Assembly (NCBI GenBank): GCA_043805105.1
Contig: JAZDIG010000268.1
Location: 1-41,770, forward strand
Direction of reading: 5' to 3'
DNA: 41,770 nucleotides
Origin: Candidatus Glassbacteria bacterium
Lineage (GTDB): Bacteria > Gemmatimonadota > Glassbacteria > GWA2-58-10
Positions 9,168 to 17,863 of the stretch are shown here, in pieces; the stretch's first letter is position 1; each line of letters starts with the position of its first letter. The translations under genes were made by a program, and so were the position numbers. The notes under the pieces are model-generated. The model made no database searches. It had not been told where the DNA came from and saw nothing but the letters and a program-made list of their open reading frames with translations.

Positions 9168-9175
9168 CAATTTTG

Positions 9176-9551
9176 CCGGAGTGGAGCAGGCGGCCGCGGC
9201 TCGTCGTATCCGGCGGGCCGAGGAAAGTCCGGACTCCACAGGGCAGGATGCTGGATAACGTCCAGGCAGGGCAACCTGACGGAAAGTGCCACAGAAAACA
9301 TACCGCCGGCAATTGCCGGTAAGGGTGAAAAGGTGCGGTAAGAGCGCACCGCCTGCCCGGTGACGGGCAGGGCAGGGCAAACCCCATCCGGAGCAAGGCC
9401 GAATAGGGGAGGAGAGGCGGCTCGTCTCGTTCGACTCCCGGGTAGGTCGCAGCGAGCGTGCGAAGTAATTCCACGCCCAGATGAATGGCCGCCGCCCGGC
9501 TCCCGCCGTTGGCGGGAGGGGGAACAGAATCCGGCTTAAGCTCCACTCCGG
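9176..9551 (+). ncRNA. rnpB: RNase P RNA, bacterial type A
   Basis: Conserved blocks GAGGAAAGTCCGG, ACAGAAAACATACCGCC, GGTAAGGGTGAAA, GGTGCGGTAAGAGCGCACC, CCGGAGCAAGGCC, GGGTAGG and ACAGAATCCGGCTTA. P1 pairing is CCGGAGTGGAGC (9176-9187) with GCTCCACTCCGG (9540-9551). Confidence 0.95.
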
Positions 9552-9603
9552 CAATACTGAAATAAGGCAATTTGTTCAATTAATTAATAAAGGCGTTCAA
9601 CTG

Positions 9604-11331
9604 TTGAGAACCAGCAGACTGCAGCATCGCTGGATCAGCCCGGCGGTAGTGTACAACGAACGTATACTCGAGCTGGAAAAGCTGATCGGCCTGCACCCAC
9701 TCGTCTGCCAGATTCTTGCCAACCGGGGATTCAGGAGTGTAGAGGAAGTCGAAAAGTTTCTTGAACCTTCGCTCGGAGACCTCTACGATCCGTTTCTCAT
9801 GCTGGACATGGACCTGGCTGTCGAAAGGATTGCGCAGGCTCTGCACTCACGGGAGAAAATGGTCGTCTACGGCGATTACGACGTGGACGGGATCACTTCG
9901 ATCTCCCTGGTGGTGCGCTACCTGCGTCAGCTCGGCGGCGACGTGGGCTATTACATTCCGCACCGCATGGTGGAGGGCTACGGGCTGAGCGAGGCGGGGC
10001 TGGACAGCGTCAGACGCATGGGCGCCAGCCTTGTGATCACGGTCGACTGCGGGATTTCGGCCCTGGAGGCGATAGACTACGCCCGCTCGATCGGCCTGGA
10101 GACGATAGTCACCGATCATCATGAGCCCAGCGAAGGATGTCTGCCGGACGCGGTGGCGATCCTCAATCCCAAAAAACCGGGCGACAGCTATCCGGAGAAG
10201 GAGCTGGCCGGGATCGGCGTGGCTTTTAAGCTCTGCCAGGGCCTGAGCGACAGACTCGGCGTAGGCCAGCACCAACTCTCCGAGCACCTCGATCTGGTGG
10301 CGATCGGCTCGATCGCCGACATCGTGCCGCTGCTGGGCGAAAACCGGATCTTCGCCAAGTTCGGCCTCGACAAGATGCGCACCTCGGAAAAGCCCGGCAT
10401 CCGCGCCCTGATCGCCCTGGCTGGGCTGGAAGGCAAGCGGCTGGACAGCAGCGACATCGTCTTCTCCATGGCCCCCCGGATAAATGCGGTGGGACGGATG
10501 GGAGACGCCGAGCGCGGAGTACAGCTCTTCCTCACCGACGATATGGTCGAGGCAAACCGGCTGGCCGAAGTCCTCGAACAGGAAAACCGTTCCCGCCGGG
10601 AAGTGGACGCCCAGACCCTGAACGAAGCCCGGGAAGCGATCCTCGACCAGGTCGACCTCGAAAACCGCTGGACGATCGTGCTGCATTCGGAGAACTGGCA
10701 CCCGGGCGTACTGGGCATCGTCGCCTCACGCATCGTGGAGGAATACTACCGGCCCACGGTGCTGATCAGCTTCGACGATTCCGGAGAAGGCAAGGGTTCG
10801 GCCCGTTCGGTGGCCAACTTCCATCTGCACAACGCCCTCAAGCGCTGCGCCGAACACCTCGAAGTCTTCGGCGGCCACAAGTACGCCGCCGGCCTGCAGG
10901 TTCGCCGTGATAAGCTGGAGGGTTTCATCGAGGCCTTTGACCGGGTGGCCCGCCAGATGATGGATGAGAGCGACCTGGTGCCGGAGATTTCCGTGGACCT
11001 CGAGATCGACCTGGCGGATGCCGATGAGCGGCTGCTGGTGAGTATCGACCGGTTTCGACCCTACGGCCCGGGCAATCCCAAGCCGGTGCTGGTGGCCGGC
11101 GAACTGTCGGTGGTGGGTTACCCCAAGATCGTCGGCACGAACCACCTGAAGATGCGGGTGCGCCAGGACGACCGCCAGCTCGACGTCATCGGTTTCGGCA
11201 TGGCGGACAAGCTCAAGGAGATCAACACCGCCCGGGAAAAGATCAGTATCGCCTTCGTGCTGGAAGAAAACGTCTGGAACAACCAGCGGCAACTGCAAGC
11301 CAACCTCAGGGACATCAAGGTTTCCGACTGA
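9604..11331 (+). CDS. recJ: single-stranded-DNA-specific exonuclease RecJ
   Basis: DHH motifs VVYGDYDVDGITS, ITVDCGI and VTDHH, plus the DHHA1 motif GGHKYAAG. The track ORF starts at 9481 inside rnpB, so the start is moved to the first plausible codon after rnpB (TTG 9604). GTG 9649 is an alternative. Confidence 0.88.
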   Translation: MRTSRLQHRWISPAVVYNERILELEKLIGLHPLVCQILANRGFRSVEEVEKFLEPSLGDLYDPFLMLDMDLAVERIAQALHSREKMVVYGDYDVDGITSISLVVRYLRQLGGDVGYYIPHRMVEGYGLSEAGLDSVRRMGASLVITVDCGISALEAIDYARSIGLETIVTDHHEPSEGCLPDAVAILNPKKPGDSYPEKELAGIGVAFKLCQGLSDRLGVGQHQLSEHLDLVAIGSIADIVPLLGENRIFAKFGLDKMRTSEKPGIRALIALAGLEGKRLDSSDIVFSMAPRINAVGRMGDAERGVQLFLTDDMVEANRLAEVLEQENRSRREVDAQTLNEAREAILDQVDLENRWTIVLHSENWHPGVLGIVASRIVEEYYRPTVLISFDDSGEGKGSARSVANFHLHNALKRCAEHLEVFGGHKYAAGLQVRRDKLEGFIEAFDRVARQMMDESDLVPEISVDLEIDLADADERLLVSIDRFRPYGPGNPKPVLVAGELSVVGYPKIVGTNHLKMRVRQDDRQLDVIGFGMADKLKEINTAREKISIAFVLEENVWNNQRQLQANLRDIKVSD

Positions 11332-11891
11332 TGCGGATTATCGCCGGCAGTCTCGGCGGGCGCCGGCTCCCCTCTCCACGCGGCCGCCTCGTGCGGCCGG
11401 TCGGCGAGCGGCTACGGGAATCGGTCTTTTCCGCGCTGGGCCGGGCCTGCGAGGGCGCCGAGGTTGCGGACCTGTTTGCCGGCAGCGGCGCATTCGGCTT
11501 CGAGGCGCTCAGCCGGGGCGCAAACCGGGTGACTTTCGTCGAAAAGCGCCGGGAAATCGGCCGCCGGCTCGAGGATTCGGCCAGAGAGCTGGGGGTGAGG
11601 GAGTGCTGCAGCATCGTCTGCGCCGACGTCTTCGCCTACCTCTTCAGGCTCGAACGGCCCGCTTTCGACCTCGTGTTCGCCGACCCGCCCTTCGCGGCCG
11701 GTCTGGCCGACAGGGTTTTCACCTGGTGGCGGGATTATTCACCGGAGCAATCGATCCTGATCCTGAAATATCCTGCCGGCGAATCTTCTCCGGCCGTGGA
11801 AACCGGGGCCGGGCTGCTGAAGTCGGCCCGCTTCGGTGAAAGCGCCTACGCCATTTATCTCAACCAGCCGGATCAGAGACAGAACGGATGA
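11331..11891 (+). CDS. rsmD: 16S rRNA (guanine966-N2)-methyltransferase RsmD
   Basis: MRIIAGSLGGRRL, DLFAGSGAFGFEALSRGA, FADPPF. The start overlaps the recJ stop (TGATG). Confidence 0.88.
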   Translation: MRIIAGSLGGRRLPSPRGRLVRPVGERLRESVFSALGRACEGAEVADLFAGSGAFGFEALSRGANRVTFVEKRREIGRRLEDSARELGVRECCSIVCADVFAYLFRLERPAFDLVFADPPFAAGLADRVFTWWRDYSPEQSILILKYPAGESSPAVETGAGLLKSARFGESAYAIYLNQPDQRQNG

Positions 11892-12382
11892 AAACGGCAA
11901 TTTATCCAGGCACGTTCGATCCCATCACTTACGGCCATCTCGACATCGCCCACCGGGCCCTCGGGATAGCCGACCGGGTGGTGATCGCCGTCGCCAGAAT
12001 GACCGGCAAGTCCCCGGCCTTTACCTGGGAGGAGCGGGTGGAGATGATCCGGCAGTCGCTGCCGGAGCTGGGCCTGAACCTCGAAGTGGACTCTTTCGAT
12101 GGCCTGCTGGTCGATTACGCGCGGCGTCGGGGAGCCCAGATGGTTATCCGCGGCCTGCGGGCGGTGAGCGATTTCGAGTACGAATTCCAGATGGCCCTGA
12201 TGAACAAGAAGCTGGCCCCGGAAATCGAGGAAGTTTTCCTCACCGGCGACCAGAAATACATCTTTCTCAGTTCGAGTCTGGTGCGCGAAGTGGCCTCCCT
12301 GGGCGGGAACATTGCAGATTTCGTCACGCCGAATGTGGAAAAGATGCTCACCGAGCGGTTCCAGAAGAGCAAACCGGCCTGA
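11888..12382 (+). CDS. coaD: phosphopantetheine adenylyltransferase
   Basis: YPGTFDPITYGHLDI, VRGLRAVSDFEYE, SSSLVRE. ATGA overlap with rsmD. Confidence 0.93.
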   Translation: MKTAIYPGTFDPITYGHLDIAHRALGIADRVVIAVARMTGKSPAFTWEERVEMIRQSLPELGLNLEVDSFDGLLVDYARRRGAQMVIRGLRAVSDFEYEFQMALMNKKLAPEIEEVFLTGDQKYIFLSSSLVREVASLGGNIADFVTPNVEKMLTERFQKSKPA

Positions 12383-12558
12383 TTCGCCCGACTGACCCGG
12401 ATGCCTGAGCTCAAATCGGACCCGCCCGCGATCACCGGGCGAATCCCGAGCGTTTCCCGTCTCGCGGCAGAGAGCTTACCGCGGCCGTACGACCTGCTCC
12501 AACCGGCGGCAAGTCCCATTCCCGCCGGCCTGATTTTTCGGCCGCCGCATTGTTTTTC

Positions 12559-12587
12559 TTGATTTTTCGGGAAGTGTCAATTATGTT
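12559..12587 (+). promoter_or_regulatory. promoter candidate TTGATT-N17-TATGTT upstream of rimP-nusA-infB
   Basis: Hexamers with a 17-nt spacer in an AT-rich patch, immediately followed by a terminator hairpin. Confidence 0.3.
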
Positions 12588-12594
12588 ATTATCA

Positions 12595-12623
12595 AGAGTG
12601 GGGCAAGCCCCACTCTTTTTTTT
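12595..12623 (+). terminator. intrinsic terminator/attenuator hairpin in the rimP leader
   Basis: Stem AGAGTGGGG / CCCCACTCT with loop CAAG, followed by T8. It lies 49 nt upstream of the rimP start and 213 nt downstream of the coaD stop. Confidence 0.7.
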
Positions 12624-12671
12624 CAGTCTCACCTCTCCCGGTACGGAAGAAGCGCTGAAGGGAGCAGGGTA

Positions 12672-13136
12672 GTGGATATCGAGCGGACGCTGTTTTCGAT
12701 CTGCGAACCCGTGCTTGCCCGCGCCGGCTACGAGCTGGTCTGGGTGCAGGTTTCGGGCGCCGGGAGTACACGTAAAAAGGCGGCCTTGTACATAGACTCC
12801 GAGGGTGGGGTGAGCGTGGAGGATTGCGCCATTGCCAGCCGCCTGGTCGACCGGATGATCGAGGAAAACGAGGTGTTCGATGCAGCCTACGTGCTCGAAG
12901 TCTCCTCTCCCGGATTCGACCGGCCGCTCTTCAAGCCGGCCGACTACCAGCGATTCGCTGGCAGCAAGGCACGGATTATGCTTCGTCGGGACATGGAGGG
13001 CCGGCGCAAGTTCACCGGGCTTCTGTGCGGCCTGGAGGAAGACGGACAGGTGGTAATCGAGTTGGAGGACGGACGGATCGAGCGCATACCCCTGGACAAC
13101 GTGCATAAGGCCAACCTCGTCTACGAATGGAAATAA
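12672..13136 (+). CDS. rimP: ribosome maturation factor RimP
   Basis: GTG start. LEVSSPGFDRPL motif and position directly upstream of nusA. Confidence 0.88.
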   Translation: MDIERTLFSICEPVLARAGYELVWVQVSGAGSTRKKAALYIDSEGGVSVEDCAIASRLVDRMIEENEVFDAAYVLEVSSPGFDRPLFKPADYQRFAGSKARIMLRRDMEGRRKFTGLLCGLEEDGQVVIELEDGRIERIPLDNVHKANLVYEWK

Positions 13137-13212
13137 GTAACCGGGCCGCTTCAGGCGCCGGCAGTGACGGTTCGAACCTATTCACCACAAATAAAATCCC
13201 GGGGATATCAAG

Positions 13213-14694
13213 ATGGCTGTCAATCCGATTGTAGATGCCTTCACTGAGATAGCGCGCGAGAAAAACATCGGGCGCGAAGAGCTCATCGAGATGATAGAGG
13301 CTGGCCTGGTGGCTGCTGTGCGCCGGAAATACGGCGTCGGCTGCGAGGTCGAGGTGAAGATCGAGTCGATCTCGGGGCGGATCGACATCCGTGTGGGCCG
13401 CGTGGTGGCCGAAGAAGTGACGGACCCCAGCGCCCAGGTTTCACTGGCCGAGGCCGGCGGCCAGCAGGAAAATATTAAGGTGGACGATGTCCTCTGGCAG
13501 GAGGTCCCGTTCACCGTGTTCGGCCGCAACGCCATCCAGGCCGCCAAGCAGGTGGTGATCCAGCGGATCCGCGAGGCCGAGCGCGATAAAATCCGGGCCG
13601 AATATTCAGGAAAGATCGGCGATCTGCTTTCCGGCACCATCCAGCAGGTGGAGCGCGGCAATTACATAATCTTTCTCAACAAGCAGACCGAAGCGATCCT
13701 GCCGATGAAGGAAGTCAACCGCAAAGACCACTTCAAGCAGGGTGATCCGATGCGGGCGGTGCTGATCGACATCCGCGAAACCACCAAGGGGCCGCAGCTC
13801 ATCCTCAGCCGCACCAGCGAGATGTTCCTCAAGGCCCTCTTCCAGCTCGAGGTGCCGGAAATCTACCAGGGGATCATCGAGGTCAGGAGCGTGGTGCGCG
13901 AAGCCGGCAGCCGCAGTAAGATCGCTGTTTATTCAAACGACGACCACATCGACCCGGTGGGCGCCTGCGTGGGCCTTAAGGGCAGCCGGGTGCAGGCCGT
14001 GGTCAACGAGCTGGGGGGAGAACGGATCGACATCATTGCCTACAGCGATGACCCGCAGGAGTTCGTCCGCGCCGCCCTCAACCCGGCGAAAGTCTACCGC
14101 ACCATGATCGACCGCGAGGAAAACACCGTGACCGCGGTGATTGAGGATGAGCAGCTGTCGCTGGCGATCGGCAAGAACGGACAGAACGTGCGCCTGGCCA
14201 GCCAGCTCAGCGGCTGGAAGATCGACCTGGTGCAGAAGAAGGATTTCCTCGCCCAGCGTGAAGAAATACTCACCGGTGTATTCGGCGGCGCCAAGACCGA
14301 CAAGGAGAAGCCGGGGGAGCAGAAGAAGCCCAAAGAGGTCGCCGTGGCCGGCGGAGTCGAGGCTGGGGCTAAGGCGAGGGGAGGAGCGGCCGAGGAAGAG
14401 CAGAGTGCCTACGGCGGCATGGATGCCAACCAGCTCACCGAAAAACAACGCGATATTCTGGATGACCTGCCGGTGGAAGATTTCCCGATCTCGCTGATTG
14501 ACTCTTTCACCCCGGCCCTGCGCGAGCGTCTCGAAGAAGCCGGTTATGACACCTTCTACAAGCTGGTTCTGGCCACCCAGGAACAGCTCTGCGATATCAA
14601 GGGAATCGGCAAGCAGACAAGCAGCAAGGTCAAGGAAGTGGTGGATTTTCTGATCGAGCATTACGAGGAAGAGGTGGAGGCGGAGGAAGAATGA
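13213..14694 (+). CDS. nusA: transcription termination/antitermination factor NusA
   Basis: N-terminal MAVNPIVDAFTEIAREKNI, S1 and two KH regions (GACVGLKGSRVQAV, AIGKNGQNVRLASQL), and a C-terminal HhH (DIKGIGKQT) with an acidic tail. Confidence 0.95.
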   Translation: MAVNPIVDAFTEIAREKNIGREELIEMIEAGLVAAVRRKYGVGCEVEVKIESISGRIDIRVGRVVAEEVTDPSAQVSLAEAGGQQENIKVDDVLWQEVPFTVFGRNAIQAAKQVVIQRIREAERDKIRAEYSGKIGDLLSGTIQQVERGNYIIFLNKQTEAILPMKEVNRKDHFKQGDPMRAVLIDIRETTKGPQLILSRTSEMFLKALFQLEVPEIYQGIIEVRSVVREAGSRSKIAVYSNDDHIDPVGACVGLKGSRVQAVVNELGGERIDIIAYSDDPQEFVRAALNPAKVYRTMIDREENTVTAVIEDEQLSLAIGKNGQNVRLASQLSGWKIDLVQKKDFLAQREEILTGVFGGAKTDKEKPGEQKKPKEVAVAGGVEAGAKARGGAAEEEQSAYGGMDANQLTEKQRDILDDLPVEDFPISLIDSFTPALRERLEEAGYDTFYKLVLATQEQLCDIKGIGKQTSSKVKEVVDFLIEHYEEEVEAEEE

Positions 14695-14736
14695 GTCGTT
14701 TGTGGGACGAACAGGCCCGCTGACTGCGCCAAATTG

Positions 14737-14765
14737 TTTACAAAAGATATTGAGAATGCTATCTT
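14737..14765 (+). promoter_or_regulatory. internal promoter candidate TTTACA-N17-TATCTT upstream of infB
   Basis: Located in an AT-rich stretch of about 70 nt between nusA and infB. Confidence 0.3.
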
Positions 14766-14842
14766 ATTAAGAATTTCCATTTTCGTCTGTCTTTCCGGCG
14801 GGCGGTGTACTACTATCCGTGGCCCATCCACGGGAGAAAGCT

Positions 14843-17158
14843 GTGAGTGCATTGAGAGTATATAAGTTAGCCAAGGACTTGGACATCTCGAGTGAGGCGC
14901 TGGTCAAGCTCCTGGAAGAAATCAACCGGCCGGTGCCCGGTCATATGAGTACGATCGACGAGGAGACGGTTGGCCTGATCAAGGAGAAACTGGCGGAAGC
15001 CAAAGCCGAGGTCAGGGAAAAAATAGAGAAGAAAAAGAAGATGGGAGGCCCCAGGAAGAAAGAGCGGGAACAGCCGAAAGTGGCGAAAGTTGCGGCTGAA
15101 GAAGAGGAAGAAATCGAGGAAGTTCCGCGGCGCCGCGAAACCAAGGTCGTACGGACTGTGAAGCGCAAGCGCGGGAAAGAGGGCGGTAAGGAAGGTGTGG
15201 AAGAGGAAGAGGCACCGAAACTTCACGGCCGGAAAAAGAAGAAAAAGAAAAAAATCAGCCAGAAAGTGATCGCCGAAAATATCCGCCGCACCCTGGCTAA
15301 AATCGATGCCGGCGGGGTTCGCAAAAAGAGGCGCCGGCGGGGTACCGGTGGGGTGGTTCAGGTCGAGGAGGTCCCGGAAGAAAACAGAATCAAGGTCATG
15401 GAATACATCTCGCTGGCAGAGCTGAGCGACATGATAGACGTTCCCGCCAGCAAGTTGATCAGCGCCTGCATGGATCTGGGCCTGATGGTCACAGTCAACC
15501 AGCGGCTCGATTTCGAAACGATCAACCTGATCTGCGAGGGTTTCGGCTTCAAGGCGGTGAGGGACGCGGAGTACGGCCACGACATTCTCGAAGAAGTCGC
15601 CCGGGAAGAACAGGAGAAGCACAGCGACATTCGCCCGCGCCCGCCGATCGTGACCGTCATGGGTCACGTCGATCACGGCAAAACCACTCTGCTCGATTAC
15701 CTGCGCAAAAGCAACATCATCGCCGGTGAATCCGGCGGAATCACCCAGCATATCGGCGCCTACCATGTAATCACCGAGAGCGGCCCGGTCTGTTTCCTCG
15801 ACACCCCGGGCCACGAGGCCTTTACTTCCATGCGCGCCCGGGGCGCCCAGGTCACCGACATCGTGATCCTGGTGATCGCCGCCGACGATTCGGTGCAGCC
15901 GCAGACGGTGGAGGCGATTAACCACGCGCGCGCGGCCGGCGTGCCGATGATCGTGGCCATCAACAAGATCGATCTGCCCACGGCCAATCCCGGCCGGGTG
16001 AAGCAGGAGCTGTCCCAGCAGGGCCTGTTGATCGAGGAATTCGGCGGCAACGTGCTGTGCGCCGAGATCAGCGCGAAGAAGGGCACGGGTGTAAAACACC
16101 TGCTGGAATTGATTCTGCTGCAGGCCGAGGTGATGGAATTGACCGCCCAGTACGGCGGCCTGGCCCGCGGCGTGGTGGTGGAAGCCAAGCTCGATCGCGG
16201 CATGGGGCCGATGGCCACCGTGCTGGTCACCGGCGGTACTTTCGAAGTGGGCAATCCATTCGTCTGCGGAATGGTGGCCGGCCGGGTGCGGGCGATACGC
16301 TCGGAGCGCGGAGACAATCTGAAAACGGCGGGTCCCGCCCTCCCGGTCCAGATACTCGGCTTCGACGGCGTGCCCCAGGCGGGCGACGGCTTCCAGGTGG
16401 TCCGCGATGAGCGTGAGGCCAAGGAAATCGCCAATGTGCGCCAGCGCCTCAAGCGCGAACAGGATTTCAGCCGACATCACAAGGTGACCCTGAACCAGCT
16501 GTTCCAGCGGATCGAGTCCGGCGAAGTGCAGAATTTGCACCTGATCATCAAGGGCGATGTGGACGGTTCGGTGGAGGCCCTCTCCGATTCGCTGGAAAGG
16601 CTTTCCACGGCTGAGGTGAAGGTGGAAGTAATCCACCGCGGAGTGGGCGCGATTACCGAAAACGACGTCATCCTCGCCTCGGCCAGCAACGCCATCGTCA
16701 TCGGCTTCCACGTCCGGCCGGACAACCGGGCACGCGAGGCGGCGCAGCGGGAAGGCGTGGACATCCGGCTCTACCGGGTGATCTACGAGGTGGTGGACAG
16801 CGTGCGCCAGGCAATGGAGGGCATGCTGTCAATGGAGGAAAAGGAGCACCTGGAAAGCTCGATCGAGGTGCGCGAGATATACAAGATCTCGAAAATCGGA
16901 ATCGTTGCCGGCTGCCACGTCACCAGCGGCAAGGTAAGCCGCGGCCACCGGGCCCGTCTCTACCGCGAAAGCGTGGAAGTCTGGGAGGGTACTATTTCCA
17001 GCCTGCGCCGCTTCAAGGATGACGTGCGGGAGGTGCAGGCCGGCTATGATTGCGGTATCCGTCTGGAGAATTTCCTGGACCTCAAGGCCGGCGACGTGCT
17101 CGAAACCTACACGGTCGAAGAGGTCAAGCGCCAGCTCAGCAGTCAGACGTCTCAGTGA
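14843..17158 (+). CDS. infB: translation initiation factor IF-2
   Basis: GTPase motifs GHVDHGKTTLLD, DTPGH and NKID, with a basic/acidic N-terminal region. Start set at GTG 14843 (VSALRVYKLAKDL, GGGAGA SD); the track start 14819 is 8 codons upstream. Confidence 0.95.
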   Translation: MSALRVYKLAKDLDISSEALVKLLEEINRPVPGHMSTIDEETVGLIKEKLAEAKAEVREKIEKKKKMGGPRKKEREQPKVAKVAAEEEEEIEEVPRRRETKVVRTVKRKRGKEGGKEGVEEEEAPKLHGRKKKKKKKISQKVIAENIRRTLAKIDAGGVRKKRRRRGTGGVVQVEEVPEENRIKVMEYISLAELSDMIDVPASKLISACMDLGLMVTVNQRLDFETINLICEGFGFKAVRDAEYGHDILEEVAREEQEKHSDIRPRPPIVTVMGHVDHGKTTLLDYLRKSNIIAGESGGITQHIGAYHVITESGPVCFLDTPGHEAFTSMRARGAQVTDIVILVIAADDSVQPQTVEAINHARAAGVPMIVAINKIDLPTANPGRVKQELSQQGLLIEEFGGNVLCAEISAKKGTGVKHLLELILLQAEVMELTAQYGGLARGVVVEAKLDRGMGPMATVLVTGGTFEVGNPFVCGMVAGRVRAIRSERGDNLKTAGPALPVQILGFDGVPQAGDGFQVVRDEREAKEIANVRQRLKREQDFSRHHKVTLNQLFQRIESGEVQNLHLIIKGDVDGSVEALSDSLERLSTAEVKVEVIHRGVGAITENDVILASASNAIVIGFHVRPDNRAREAAQREGVDIRLYRVIYEVVDSVRQAMEGMLSMEEKEHLESSIEVREIYKISKIGIVAGCHVTSGKVSRGHRARLYRESVEVWEGTISSLRRFKDDVREVQAGYDCGIRLENFLDLKAGDVLETYTVEEVKRQLSSQTSQ

Positions 17159-17173
17159 CGCGCCGGGGCCAGC

Positions 17174-17461
17174 ATGGCATTAGTGGTCGGTGTCTGCACT
17201 TATGAGCTTTACCTGGAGGGCATCCACTCGCTCAAGGCCAAGCGGGGAGTGCTCAAGCGCCTCAAGGCCCGGATCGCCGGCAAGTTCAACGTCTCCGTGG
17301 CCGAAATCGAGGCCATGGACAGCTGGCAGCGCTCCACCGTGGCGGTGGCCCTGGTCAGCAACGAACAGCGCTTCGCCAACCAGGTGCTCTCCAAAGTCTC
17401 GGAGCTGGTGGCGGCCAGCGGCGAAGTGATGCTGGTCAGCCAGAAGATGCAATTTCTATAA
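17174..17461 (+). CDS. DUF503 (YlxP-like) protein
   Basis: About 95 aa. The L.G..SLK.KR..LK.L..R motif matches, and it occupies the conserved position between infB and rbfA as in Bacillus ylxP. Confidence 0.75.
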   Translation: MALVVGVCTYELYLEGIHSLKAKRGVLKRLKARIAGKFNVSVAEIEAMDSWQRSTVAVALVSNEQRFANQVLSKVSELVAASGEVMLVSQKMQFL

Positions 17462-17845
17462 ATGACGAATAATTCATATAAGAGAAGCGACCGCCTCGGT
17501 CACCAGCTTCAGCGGGAGATCGGTAAGGTTCTCCAGTTCGATGTGCGCGATCCCCGCCTGCAGTTTGTCACTATCACCGAAGTTCGCCTCTCGGCAGACC
17601 TGATGGACGCGACAGTCTTCGTTTCGATAATGGGTGAGAACCGGGAAGAGGTATTCAACAGGGTCGAGCATGCCGGAAGTTTCATCCGGTCACGCACCGC
17701 CCAGCGCTGCTATTTGAAATTCGTTCCCAGGCTGAACTTTAAGCTCGACACCACCCTCGAAACAGCGGCCCGGATCGAGAATCTGATCGATCAGGTCTGC
17801 GGTGGGGACGGCCGGGACGCCACTGCCGGAAACGAGCCCCGGTAG
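17462..17845 (+). CDS. rbfA: ribosome-binding factor A
   Basis: RSDRLGHQLQREIGKVL...DPRLQFVTITEVRLSADLMDATVFVS matches the RbfA consensus. The start directly abuts the DUF503 stop. Confidence 0.92.
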   Translation: MTNNSYKRSDRLGHQLQREIGKVLQFDVRDPRLQFVTITEVRLSADLMDATVFVSIMGENREEVFNRVEHAGSFIRSRTAQRCYLKFVPRLNFKLDTTLETAARIENLIDQVCGGDGRDATAGNEPR

Positions 17846-17863
17846 GGAGCCCGGAGAAAATAG

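Noticed and set aside
9164-9169. TTGACA overlapping the Zn-ribbon gene stop codon, considered as a possible rnpB promoter. The same TTGACAATT 9-mer occurs at the dnaG stop.
   Set aside because: It sits only 7 nt from the rnpB 5' end and has no -10 at the proper distance. The shared 9-mer is probably coincidental.
9481-9603. N-terminal 41 codons of the track ORF for recJ.
   Set aside because: This segment overlaps the 3' third of the RNase P RNA gene (the conserved ACAGAATCCGGCTTA block and the P1 strand). It has no RecJ homology, so the start was moved downstream.
15229-15255. A-rich run encoding eight consecutive Lys in IF2 (includes A7 at 15248-15254), considered as a slippery or frameshift site.
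   Set aside because: The zero frame continues directly into the conserved IF2 G-domain, and no alternative-frame ORF of interest follows.
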